From NCBI GenBank assembly GCA_041483195.1, contig JBGPFC010000008.1:44977-108976 (forward strand): 64,000 nt of DNA, given 5' to 3'. Of this stretch, positions 41,601-49,623 are shown piece by piece. Positions within the stretch are counted from its first letter, which is position 1, and the number at the start of each line of letters is the position of its first letter. The translations under genes were made by a program, and so were the position numbers. Below the pieces are notes generated by a model that saw only the letters and a list, made by a program, of their open reading frames with translations, was not told where the DNA came from and ran no database searches. This DNA comes from Candidatus Eiseniibacteriota bacterium (lineage in GTDB: Bacteria; Eisenbacteria; RBG-16-71-46).

Positions 41601-42604
41601 CCGGCGCGCTCCGCCAGCGAGCGCAGCAGCTCGTCGCGCGTGCATGACGCCGTGCCGACCTCGCGGATCACGACGCCGGCGGCGTGGTTCGCGAGGAAGC
41701 ACGCGGCGGGCAGTTCGGCGCCCGATGCGAGCCCGAGCGCGACCACGCTCACCACGGTGTCGCCCGCCCCGGTCACGTCGAACACCTCGCGCGCGACCGT
41801 CGGGAGATGCGTGATCCGCCCGCCCCGCTCGAAGAGGCTCATGCCTTCCGGGCCGCGCGTCACCAGCACCGCGCCCGCGTCGAGCCGCCGCTGCAACCCC
41901 CAGCCGACTTCGAGCAGGCTCGCCTCGTCCACGATGCGGCGGCCCTGGACGTAGCCCGCCTCGTACTGGTTCGGGGTGAGAATGCTCGCGCCGCGATAGG
42001 CGTCGATGTGGCTCTCCTTGGGATCGACGCACACCGGGAAGTCGTGGCTCCGCGCCAGCGAGAGCGCTGGATCGAGCGTGCCCGGATGGATCAGGCCCTT
42101 GCCGTAATCGCTCACCACCAGCGCCTCGCAGCCCGGAAGCTCGTCCGCCAGCGCGCCGATCGCGCGCGCCAGCGCCTCGCCGCCGAGTTCGGCCCGCGAT
42201 TCGCGATCCGCGCGCACCACCTGCTGAGAGTGCGCGATGATGCGGGTCTTGACCGTGGTCGGCCTCGTGGCATCGACCACGACCCCGCGCGGATCCACCC
42301 CGCGCGCGGCGAGCGCGCGAGCGAGCGCGCGCCCGTCGTCGTCGTCTCCGACAACCGCGATCAGGATCGGCTCCGCGCCGAGCGCGCGGAGGTTGGCTGC
42401 GACGTTGCCGGCGCCGCCCAGCGTGAAGCTCTCCTTCTCGATCTCGACCACCGGCACCGGGGCTTCCGGCGAGATGCGTTCGACTCGCCCCCACAGGTAG
42501 CGGTCGAGCATCAGGTCACCGAGCACCGCGACGCGGCGTCCGGCAAAGCGGTCGACGGTGGCGCGGAGCGCGCCGAGATCGAAGTGCGTCGAGGTCTCTG
42601 GCAT
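41597..42604 (-). CDS. rfaE1: D-glycero-beta-D-manno-heptose 7-phosphate kinase
   Basis: GDLMLDRY..G.VERISPEAPVPV, SDYGKG, DVTGAGDT. Confidence 0.94.
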   Translation of the reverse strand: MPETSTHFDLGALRATVDRFAGRRVAVLGDLMLDRYLWGRVERISPEAPVPVVEIEKESFTLGGAGNVAANLRALGAEPILIAVVGDDDDGRALARALAARGVDPRGVVVDATRPTTVKTRIIAHSQQVVRADRESRAELGGEALARAIGALADELPGCEALVVSDYGKGLIHPGTLDPALSLARSHDFPVCVDPKESHIDAYRGASILTPNQYEAGYVQGRRIVDEASLLEVGWGLQRRLDAGAVLVTRGPEGMSLFERGGRITHLPTVAREVFDVTGAGDTVVSVVALGLASGAELPAACFLANHAAGVVIREVGTASCTRDELLRSLAERAG

Positions 42605-42613
42605 GGGCGGCGG

Positions 42614-42697
42614 ACGCTACACCGCGCGCGAAACGCGGTCAAAATGCGCGGCACCGCGCGCGCGCGGCTTGACGCTCGCGGTCCCCGCCCCTAGCGT
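42614..42697. promoter_or_regulatory. Back-to-back sigma70-type promoters for rfaE1 (-) and the GNAT gene (+)
   Basis: Minus: TTGACC-N17-TAGCGT (42642-42614), 9 nt before ATG. Plus: TTGACG-N17-TAGCGT (42669-42697), 7 nt before ATG. Confidence 0.7.
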
Positions 42698-42704
42698 CGG
42701 CGCC

Positions 42705-43631
42705 ATGTCCATCATGCTCGAATCCTGTCGCGGCGCCGACCTCGGCGCGCTGCGCGCGCTGATCGCGGAACCCTCGATCGAGAGCGAGTTCGCCTTCGTG
42801 CAGGCGCCCGGCGAGCTCGAGCACAAGCTGACTTCGAACTTCTGCGTCCCGGAGGCTTCGCTGCTCGCGCGCGCCGCGGGCGAGCCGGCGGGGATCTGCG
42901 TGACCTACCTCCTCCCGCGCGCGAACGGCGGCTCGTGGGCCGCGCTGCGCGTGGCGGTCGCCGCGCGGCATCGGCGGCGGGGCATCGGCCGCGCGCTGTT
43001 CGACGCCGCGCGCGCGGCGCTCGCCGCGCGCGAGATCCCGGGCGGGCTGCGCGAGCTCGCGCTCGGCGCGTGGCGCCCGAACGCCGAGGGCACCGCGTTC
43101 GCGGCGTCGCTGGGCTTCCGCCACGCGCGCTGCTTCTGGCGCATGGAGCGCGCGCTCGAGCCGGTGCCCGATGCGCGCTGGCCGGAGGGCGTCACGCTGC
43201 GCGTCTTCGACGGGAGCGAGCGTGCGATGGAAGATTGGACCGAGGCGTACAACGATTCGTTCGCGGAACACTATCACTTCGTTCCGGGCACCATGGAGCA
43301 CTGCCGCGAGATCGTCTCAGATCCGACGTTCCTTCACGACGGGGTCGCCTTCGCGTACCGCGACCGGCGCTGCGTGGGGTTCTGCCGCAACCAGCGTGAG
43401 GGGCGCGCCGGCGTGATCGGCGCGCTCGGCACGGTGCGGGCCGCGCGCGGGATCGGCCTCGGCCGCGCGCTGTTGCGATGGGGCGTCGGCTATTTCGCGG
43501 CCCGCGACTACGACCGCGTGGAGCTGCTCGTGGACGGCGAGAACGAATCCGCGCTCGCGCTCTATCGCTCGGAGGCGTTCGCCGTCGCGCGCACCCGCGA
43601 CATCTGGACGCTCGAGCCGCTACCGCGCTGA
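42705..43631 (+). CDS. Tandem GNAT acetyltransferase (MshD-like fold)
   Basis: Two acetyl-CoA motifs (RRRGIGRAL and RGIGLGRALL) and NESALALY. Confidence 0.85.
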   Translation: MSIMLESCRGADLGALRALIAEPSIESEFAFVQAPGELEHKLTSNFCVPEASLLARAAGEPAGICVTYLLPRANGGSWAALRVAVAARHRRRGIGRALFDAARAALAAREIPGGLRELALGAWRPNAEGTAFAASLGFRHARCFWRMERALEPVPDARWPEGVTLRVFDGSERAMEDWTEAYNDSFAEHYHFVPGTMEHCREIVSDPTFLHDGVAFAYRDRRCVGFCRNQREGRAGVIGALGTVRAARGIGLGRALLRWGVGYFAARDYDRVELLVDGENESALALYRSEAFAVARTRDIWTLEPLPR

Positions 43632-44207
43632 TCCGAAATCGAAGCGCTGCCGGCACCACACGGCGATCGGCTTTCCATCCTTGAGCGCGGGATAGAACCG
43701 CATGGCGAGCGCGCAATCGCGGGCGGCCGCGACCAGTGCAGGAGATTCGCTCCCGCCGGCCCAGCGCGCGTCGGTCACGGCGCCGTCCTCGCCGACGCGC
43801 ACGTCGAGATCGACCGAGGCCGGCCCACCCTCCTCGGTGCGGGCGATCCGCGCGCGCGTGCGCGGGATGGGCGGCTTGAGTCCCTCGTCCACCACCAGCG
43901 CCGGCGCCGGCAGCGGCTCTGCGCTCACGGTGTCCGGCTCCGCGGCGGGAAGGCCGACGGCGATCGCGGCGGGAGGCGCCGGGGTCACGCGCTGCATCCA
44001 CACGCGCACGGTTCGCGGCGGAGCGACATGGAGCGGGACGCCCCGTCCGCTGTCGCTCATCACCTCCACCGGGAGCGACATGGAGCGCGCCTCGGGGATG
44101 CGATGCCGGTCGCAACCGGCGATCGCAGCCGGCGCGAGCCAGAGCCCGATGGCGAGCCCTAAGCGAATCGCGATCGCGGGCGGCGCGGGTGATGGAATCT
44201 GTCGCAT
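43620..44207 (-). CDS. TonB C-terminal-domain protein, possible lipoprotein
   Basis: Hydrophobic N-terminus ending AIAG-C, Pro/Ala linker, TonB_C-like V.VGEDGAV...MRFYPALKDGKPIAVW. Confidence 0.7.
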   Translation of the reverse strand: MRQIPSPAPPAIAIRLGLAIGLWLAPAAIAGCDRHRIPEARSMSLPVEVMSDSGRGVPLHVAPPRTVRVWMQRVTPAPPAAIAVGLPAAEPDTVSAEPLPAPALVVDEGLKPPIPRTRARIARTEEGGPASVDLDVRVGEDGAVTDARWAGGSESPALVAAARDCALAMRFYPALKDGKPIAVWCRQRFDFGSAR

Positions 44208-44318
44208 CCCGTCACGCTAGGCGCGGCGGAACGCCGGGGCAAGGCGACGCGCGGCAGGCACGGCGGGCCGCTTGTTTCGCGGGCTCGGACTGTTCTAGAG
44301 TGCGTGAGGAGTCGAGCC

Positions 44319-44444
44319 ATGAAGAACTCGCCGCTCACCCCCCGTCCCGGCACCGCGTGCGAGACGTGCGCGCCGGCCCGGGTCTGCCGCACGCGCCCCG
44401 GCGCCGGGTGCCGTGCGCCGCGCGCCGAATCGAGTGGCGCATGA
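44319..44444 (+). CDS. Putative 41-aa Cys-rich micropeptide (CxxC-x5-C-x7-C)
   Basis: GAGGAG Shine-Dalgarno at 44306-44311; MKNSPLTPRPGTACETCAPARVCRTRPGAGCRAPRAESSGA*; ATGA overlap with the next gene. Confidence 0.5.
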   Translation: MKNSPLTPRPGTACETCAPARVCRTRPGAGCRAPRAESSGA

Positions 44445-45454
44445 CGCCCCGCGAGCGGGTATGGGCCGCGTTGCGCGGCGAATGGGTGGATCGCCCGCCG
44501 ATCTCGTTCTGGGGTCACGTCTACCACCGCGAATCGTCGGCGGACGAGCTGGTGGCCGCGACGCTCGAGCGCCAGGCCACGTACCTCTGGGATTGGGTGA
44601 AGCTCAACCCGCGCAAGCACTATCACGTCGAGCCGTGGGGGGTGCGCTACCGCTACAGCGGGCGCCCCGACGAAAAGCCCGTGCTCGACGCATGGCCGGT
44701 GCGCGAGCCCGGAGACTGGTCCGCGATCACGCGCCGGGCGCACGATCAGGGCGCGCTCGGCGAGCAGATCGAGGCGGTGCGCCTGCTGCGCCGCTCGCTT
44801 CCCGCGGACGTTCCGCTGGTCGCGACCGTGTTCACCCCGCTCGCGATCCTGGGCGAGATGGTCGAGCATCCCGCGACGCTCTCCGCGCACATGAGCAGCC
44901 ACCCGGAGCGGGTGCGCGCGGCACTGGACGCCGTGACCGAGACGTTCGAGCCGCTGGTGCGCGCGCTGTTGCGGGCGGGCGCGGACGGCATCTACTTCGC
45001 GACCGTGGACTGGGGCTCGCGCGACCTCATGACGCCCGAGCGCTACCGCGAATGGGCGCGGCCCTCGGATCTGCGGCTGATCGGCGCGGCCGCCGGGGCG
45101 CCATTCAACGTCCTGCACGTCTGCAAGCGCAACAATCTGCTGTTCGAGGTCGCCGACTACCCGGTGAGCGCGCTGTCGTGGGCCGCGACCGATCCCACCA
45201 ACCCCTCGCTCGCCGCGGCGCTGCAGCGGACGCGTGCGGCGGTGATGGGCGGGATCTCGCACGACGACGCTTTGCTGGCGCCCGGTCCCGAGCGCGCGCT
45301 GGACGAATTTCGCGCGGCGCTCGCGGCGACCGGCGGACGCCGCTGGCTCGCGGCCCCGAGCTGTTCGATCCTGCCATCGACCGCGCCGGGCCATCTGGCC
45401 GCGCTGCGCGCCGCGGCCGAGGAAGCGCTCGCGCCCGCCCGAGGCACGGCATGA
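44441..45454 (+). CDS. Uroporphyrinogen decarboxylase-superfamily (URO-D/CIMS-like) protein
   Basis: MTPRERVWAAL..E.VDRPP, TVFTPL, GADGIYFA, LHVC, MGGI, APSCS; lacks the HemE RQAGR motif. Confidence 0.82.
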   Translation: MTPRERVWAALRGEWVDRPPISFWGHVYHRESSADELVAATLERQATYLWDWVKLNPRKHYHVEPWGVRYRYSGRPDEKPVLDAWPVREPGDWSAITRRAHDQGALGEQIEAVRLLRRSLPADVPLVATVFTPLAILGEMVEHPATLSAHMSSHPERVRAALDAVTETFEPLVRALLRAGADGIYFATVDWGSRDLMTPERYREWARPSDLRLIGAAAGAPFNVLHVCKRNNLLFEVADYPVSALSWAATDPTNPSLAAALQRTRAAVMGGISHDDALLAPGPERALDEFRAALAATGGRRWLAAPSCSILPSTAPGHLAALRAAAEEALAPARGTA

Positions 45455-46065
45455 ACGCCGCGCTCCCGCTCCGGCTCCGGGCGGCGCTAGCCCTCGCGCT
45501 CTGCCTCGCGGCGACTTTCGTGTCGTCCGGGGTCGCGCGCGCGCAGTCCGGCGAAAAGACTCCGCCGCCGCCGGCGCCGCGTGCGCCGGAGATCGTGGCG
45601 CGCACGCCGCAGCCGCACGTTCATGTCTACGGACAGGTGATCATCGGCGAGCGGGCGCCGGATTTCAGCCTCGACGGCGCGGACGGACGGATCATCCGGC
45701 TCGCGCGCTTCAAGGGCGACTGGGTGCTGATCGTGTTCGCGGATCGCAAGGAGACGCTCGCGCCGCTCGGATCGATCGACGAGGAGCTGCGCGGGCTCGG
45801 GGTGCGCCTCCTCGGGGTGTGTCACGAGAAGTCGCATACCCTGCAGACCTTCGCGGCGCGTGACAGCCTGCACTTCGCGCTCGGCGCCGATTTCAGCACC
45901 GAGGTCTCCGCGCTCTACGGGCTCTTCGATACGCAGCGCTCCGTGATCAGCCCCGGATTTCTCCTGATCGATCGGGAGGGCATCGTGCGAATGGCCCTGC
46001 TCGGTCAGAATCTGCCTCCCGATCACATCGCGCGCCTCGCGCGCTACGCGGTCACCGGGCTCTAG
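45451..46065 (+). CDS. Exported peroxiredoxin/redoxin-fold protein lacking the peroxidatic Cys
   Basis: Signal peptide (ARA-Q), GERAPDFSL, FKGDWVLIVF, FLIDREGIVR. Confidence 0.75.
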   Translation: MNAALPLRLRAALALALCLAATFVSSGVARAQSGEKTPPPPAPRAPEIVARTPQPHVHVYGQVIIGERAPDFSLDGADGRIIRLARFKGDWVLIVFADRKETLAPLGSIDEELRGLGVRLLGVCHEKSHTLQTFAARDSLHFALGADFSTEVSALYGLFDTQRSVISPGFLLIDREGIVRMALLGQNLPPDHIARLARYAVTGL

Positions 46066-46203
46066 CGTCTCGGCATCGTCGGGCCACCCGCGCCCGACAC
46101 GGCGGAATGCACGCCGCGACCCGCGCATCATGTAATTCGCCACGCGCGAGACCGCGCCGCGCGTGCGACGCGCTCATGCTCGCGCGATTCCGGCCGCGCC
46201 ATC

Positions 46204-46231
46204 TCAAGTCGTCTCCCTCCCGCGCCGATAA
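46204..46231 (+). promoter_or_regulatory. Sigma28 (FliA/WhiG)-like promoter
   Basis: TCAAG-N15-GCCGATAA upstream of the second redoxin gene. Confidence 0.65.
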
Positions 46232-46288
46232 TTCCCGCACGCGCGACCCTGAGGTCTCGGGTCGACACCCAACGACTTGGAGGGATTC

Positions 46289-46903
46289 ATGAGGTTTCCG
46301 GGCTTCCTGCTGGCCACCGCCGTGGCCACCACCATTTCAGTGCAAGGGGGGGACAACGTCGGCAATGAACCGGCCCCCACGGTCGAGCCGCCGGCCGCTC
46401 AGAGCCTGCGGCTCAAGCCGCCCGAGCCGCCGAGCGCCGACATCGATGTCGGAGACGCTGCGCCCAACTTTTCGTTTCAGACCGAGGACAATCGCTGGCG
46501 GAGACTGCGCGAGCTGTTGCTGCAGAATCCGGTCGTCATCGTGTTCGGCGCAGACGACGCGGAGCTGCGCGCGCTCGACCGCCAGCGCGACGCGCTGCTC
46601 AAGCTCGGGGTGCTGCCGGTCGCGGTGCTCGACGTTCGCAACGGCAGCGCATGGTCCGCCGCGCATCGCCTCGCGCTGCGCTACCCGGTGATTCCCGATC
46701 CGCGTCGCGTGATCGCCGGACAGTTCAACACCCTCGATCCCGACGACCAGAGCACCCTGCCCGCGTGGTTCGTGATCGATCGTCGCGGACTCGTGCGGGC
46801 CGTGCGGCGCGGGGCGATCTCCGTCGAGCGCTTTCCCCGGCTCGTCGCCGGCGCCCTCGGCCTGCCGGCGCCCGACGCCAGCCTGCCGACCCACTCACGC
46901 TGA
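46289..46903 (+). CDS. Exported cysteine-free redoxin-fold protein
   Basis: Signal-like N-terminus, VGDAAPNFSF, PVVIVF, WFVIDRRGLVR; no Cys; GGAGG Shine-Dalgarno. Confidence 0.75.
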   Translation: MRFPGFLLATAVATTISVQGGDNVGNEPAPTVEPPAAQSLRLKPPEPPSADIDVGDAAPNFSFQTEDNRWRRLRELLLQNPVVIVFGADDAELRALDRQRDALLKLGVLPVAVLDVRNGSAWSAAHRLALRYPVIPDPRRVIAGQFNTLDPDDQSTLPAWFVIDRRGLVRAVRRGAISVERFPRLVAGALGLPAPDASLPTHSR

Positions 46904-46919
46904 GCGCAGGACCCTTTCG

Positions 46920-46956
46920 ACGAACGCCCGCCCCCGACATGGGAGCGGGCGTTCGT
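46920..46956. terminator. Hairpin between convergent genes (probable terminator)
   Basis: ACGAACGCCCGC...GCGGGCGTTCGT inverted repeat; weak U-tract. Confidence 0.55.
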
Positions 46957-46983
46957 GTGCGGGCGCCGGACTCGGATTCGCGT

Positions 46984-49338
46984 TCAGGCGGCGCGGCCCC
47001 GCGCGCGGAGGGTGTCTCCGAGCTGACGGAGCACGCGGTCGAGGTCCTCCATCGAGAACGGCTTGGCCATCACCATGTCCACGCCATGGGCCTGGGTCGT
47101 GACCTCCTCGAGCTGGAAACCCCAGCCGGTCACCATCACCACCGCGACGTCCGGGCGCCGCGATTTCACGGCGAGCGCGAGATCCCAGCCGTTCACCTCG
47201 GGCATGCCGAGGTCGGAGAACACGGCGTCGAATTCCATGCCCGCGAAGCGCTCGAGCCCGGCCGCTCCGCCCAGCGCCACCTCGACGTCCTGACCCATCA
47301 GCCTCAACAGGTCGGCGGTCACCGAGAGCACCGGTTCCTCGTCGTCGACCACCAGCACCCGCAGTCGTGGTAGCGGACCGCGGGGCGGCGGCGGCGCCTC
47401 GGTCTCGGCCGGCGCGCCGGCCGGGAAGCGCAGCGTGAATTCGGTGCCGAGGTGGCGCTCGGACTCGACCGTGATCGATCCGTGGTGCCGCGTCACGATC
47501 CCGTATGCGACCGAGAGCCCGAGGCCGGTACCCTGCACGGTCTTGGTCGTGAAGAACGGATCGAAGATCTTCCCGCGGGTCTCGTCGTCCATGCCGATGC
47601 CGGTGTCGCGAATGCTCACCCGCACTTCGCCACCCTCGGACTCGGTGGCGATCCGGATCTCGCCGCCCCACGGCATCGCGTCCACCGCGTTGAGGACGAG
47701 GTTGGTGAACACCTCTCGCAGCTCTGAGCCGTTGCCAGCGATCGGCTGGCTCGCCGCCAGATCCAGCTCGACGTCGAGCGTCACGCCGTTGCGCTTCGCC
47801 CCCGCCTCCCACGCGGGGCGGGTCAGCTCGACCACCTCGCGCAGCACCTCGTTCACGTCGAGCGCCTCGAAGCGCTCGTCGTGGCGCACCCGCGTGAACT
47901 CCTGGACGCGCCGCACGGTGTGGGCCCCGTCGAGCGCCGCCTGCTCGACCACCTGCAACTGCCGGCGCGATTCCGGCTCGTTCGCGGTCTGGAGCAGGAG
48001 CTGGGTGCGGCCGAGGATCGCCGCCAGGATGTTGTTGAAATCGTGCGCCACGCCGCCCGCCATCTCGCCCAGCGCGTTGAGCTTCGCGGACTGCACCAGC
48101 TGAGCCTGGGTCTCGCGCAGCTCGACGAACGCCGCGCGCATGTCCTCGTAGAGCCGGGCGTTCGCGATCGCCGCGCTGCACTGCCCCGCGAACAGCGTCG
48201 CCAGCTCGAGATCCTCGCCGACGAACGAGCGTCCGCCGGTGCGCACCAGGGTGATGACGCCCACGACCTTCTCGCGGGTGACGAGCGGCGCACACAGCAG
48301 CGACGAGCGCTCTTCCGGCGTGCCCGGCACCTGGACCGCGCGGGGATCCTGCTCCGCCCCGTTCACGATCTCGCCGCGCCCGGCGAGCGCGACCGCGCCG
48401 GTGATCCCCTCGCCCATCCGCAACCGCACCGCCATCATCTCGTCGCGGTAGCGTTCGACGTCGCACACCACGGGCCGCAGCATCTGCTCGGCTTCGTCGA
48501 ACAGGAACACCGTGCACTCGTCGGTCTGGATCACCTCGCGGACCTGTTGCGCGATGGTCTCCAGAATCGTGTTCAACTCGAGCGAGTTGACGACCGCGTG
48601 GCTCACGGTGAGGAGCGCTCCGAATTTCTCCTTCTGGCGCTTCTCGTGCTGGAGCAGCTCCGCCATCGAAGGATCGGCGAAGGCCTGCTCCGGCTTCCGG
48701 GCAAGCACCAGGTACCAGCCCGCGAGCGCGCCCGCGTGGACCAGCTGCACTCCGGTCGCGAGCAGCTCGTCGGCGGGCGCGAGCGCGAGCCGCACGCGGC
48801 CCAGCTGGACGCGAGCGCCCAGCGGGCTGTCCGCGCGCAGCTGGCGCTCCACCCAGTCGCGGCACTCGGCGTGCAAGAGATCGTTCAGCGCCCGGCCGCG
48901 CAGCGCCTCGGGCGCGGCCCCGTAGCTCGCGGTGAACGCCTGATTCGAGAACCGCACGTGGCGCTCGCGGTCGAGAATGAGCAGCGGCGCGGGAACCGTG
49001 TCGATGAGCGGCGCGAGCGAGTGCTCCAGCACGGGCCAGGGGTCGGTCGCGGCAGGCAGGCCGCGCGAGATCTCGGGTGGGAGGATCAGGGTGAGCATCG
49101 CGCGCCCGATCACGCAGGGGTCAGCCCCCATTCCCGCCCAGCGGCGGGCCGCCTCGAGAATGACGGTGCGAGCTGGCCGCGCGCGGCTGCTCGCGAGGGC
49201 GCCCGATAAAGCCGAGAGCAGCGCCTCGCTCTCGGCCTGCGCCCGGTCAGGCCCCAACGCGAGCGCAAGCTCACGCGCCAGGCCGTGCTCCAGGGCGTTC
49301 CGGTGCCGGCGAATGAGACGGACGAGTGAGGGGGTCAA
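46984..49338 (-). CDS. Soluble hybrid sensor histidine kinase (helical N-domain-PAS-GAF-HisKA-HATPase-REC)
   Basis: GVAHDFNN H-box, NLVLNAVDAM, DTGIGM, FFTTK, GTGLGL, C-terminal VLVVDDE receiver. Confidence 0.92.
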   Translation of the reverse strand: MTPSLVRLIRRHRNALEHGLARELALALGPDRAQAESEALLSALSGALASSRARPARTVILEAARRWAGMGADPCVIGRAMLTLILPPEISRGLPAATDPWPVLEHSLAPLIDTVPAPLLILDRERHVRFSNQAFTASYGAAPEALRGRALNDLLHAECRDWVERQLRADSPLGARVQLGRVRLALAPADELLATGVQLVHAGALAGWYLVLARKPEQAFADPSMAELLQHEKRQKEKFGALLTVSHAVVNSLELNTILETIAQQVREVIQTDECTVFLFDEAEQMLRPVVCDVERYRDEMMAVRLRMGEGITGAVALAGRGEIVNGAEQDPRAVQVPGTPEERSSLLCAPLVTREKVVGVITLVRTGGRSFVGEDLELATLFAGQCSAAIANARLYEDMRAAFVELRETQAQLVQSAKLNALGEMAGGVAHDFNNILAAILGRTQLLLQTANEPESRRQLQVVEQAALDGAHTVRRVQEFTRVRHDERFEALDVNEVLREVVELTRPAWEAGAKRNGVTLDVELDLAASQPIAGNGSELREVFTNLVLNAVDAMPWGGEIRIATESEGGEVRVSIRDTGIGMDDETRGKIFDPFFTTKTVQGTGLGLSVAYGIVTRHHGSITVESERHLGTEFTLRFPAGAPAETEAPPPPRGPLPRLRVLVVDDEEPVLSVTADLLRLMGQDVEVALGGAAGLERFAGMEFDAVFSDLGMPEVNGWDLALAVKSRRPDVAVVMVTGWGFQLEEVTTQAHGVDMVMAKPFSMEDLDRVLRQLGDTLRARGRAA

Positions 49339-49378
49339 CGAGACTCTCCGCGGGCCGAAGGTGGGTCGTCGGTGCGAG

Positions 49379-49406
49379 GTATCGTCAGGAGCCGCCGGGG
49401 GCTTGA
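49379..49406 (-). promoter_or_regulatory. Sigma28-like promoter of the hybrid kinase
   Basis: Minus strand TCAAG-N15-GACGATAC. Confidence 0.6.
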
Positions 49407-49623
49407 TCGCTTTGGGTGTTCGCGGGCGCCGGAACCGGGCCGTTGGGCGACCGCCATGCGGTCCCCTGGGCGCATGAAATGATCTCTTGCGAATGACGGC
49501 CCCGCACGCCTAACGTCATCGACGTGAGCAGGGCGGGACCGGGCCGACCCGGTTCCGCCCTGCTCTCTTTTCTCCGCAACGACCGGGGCAATCTCGACAC
49601 GAAGGCCCCTGGGAGAAGATGCG

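Noticed and set aside
44441-45454. Call as hemE
   Set aside because: Lacks the N-terminal RQAGR substrate-binding motif of true uroporphyrinogen decarboxylase.
45451-46903. Selenocysteine-containing peroxiredoxins
   Set aside because: No in-frame TGA at the active-site position; the ORFs are continuous.
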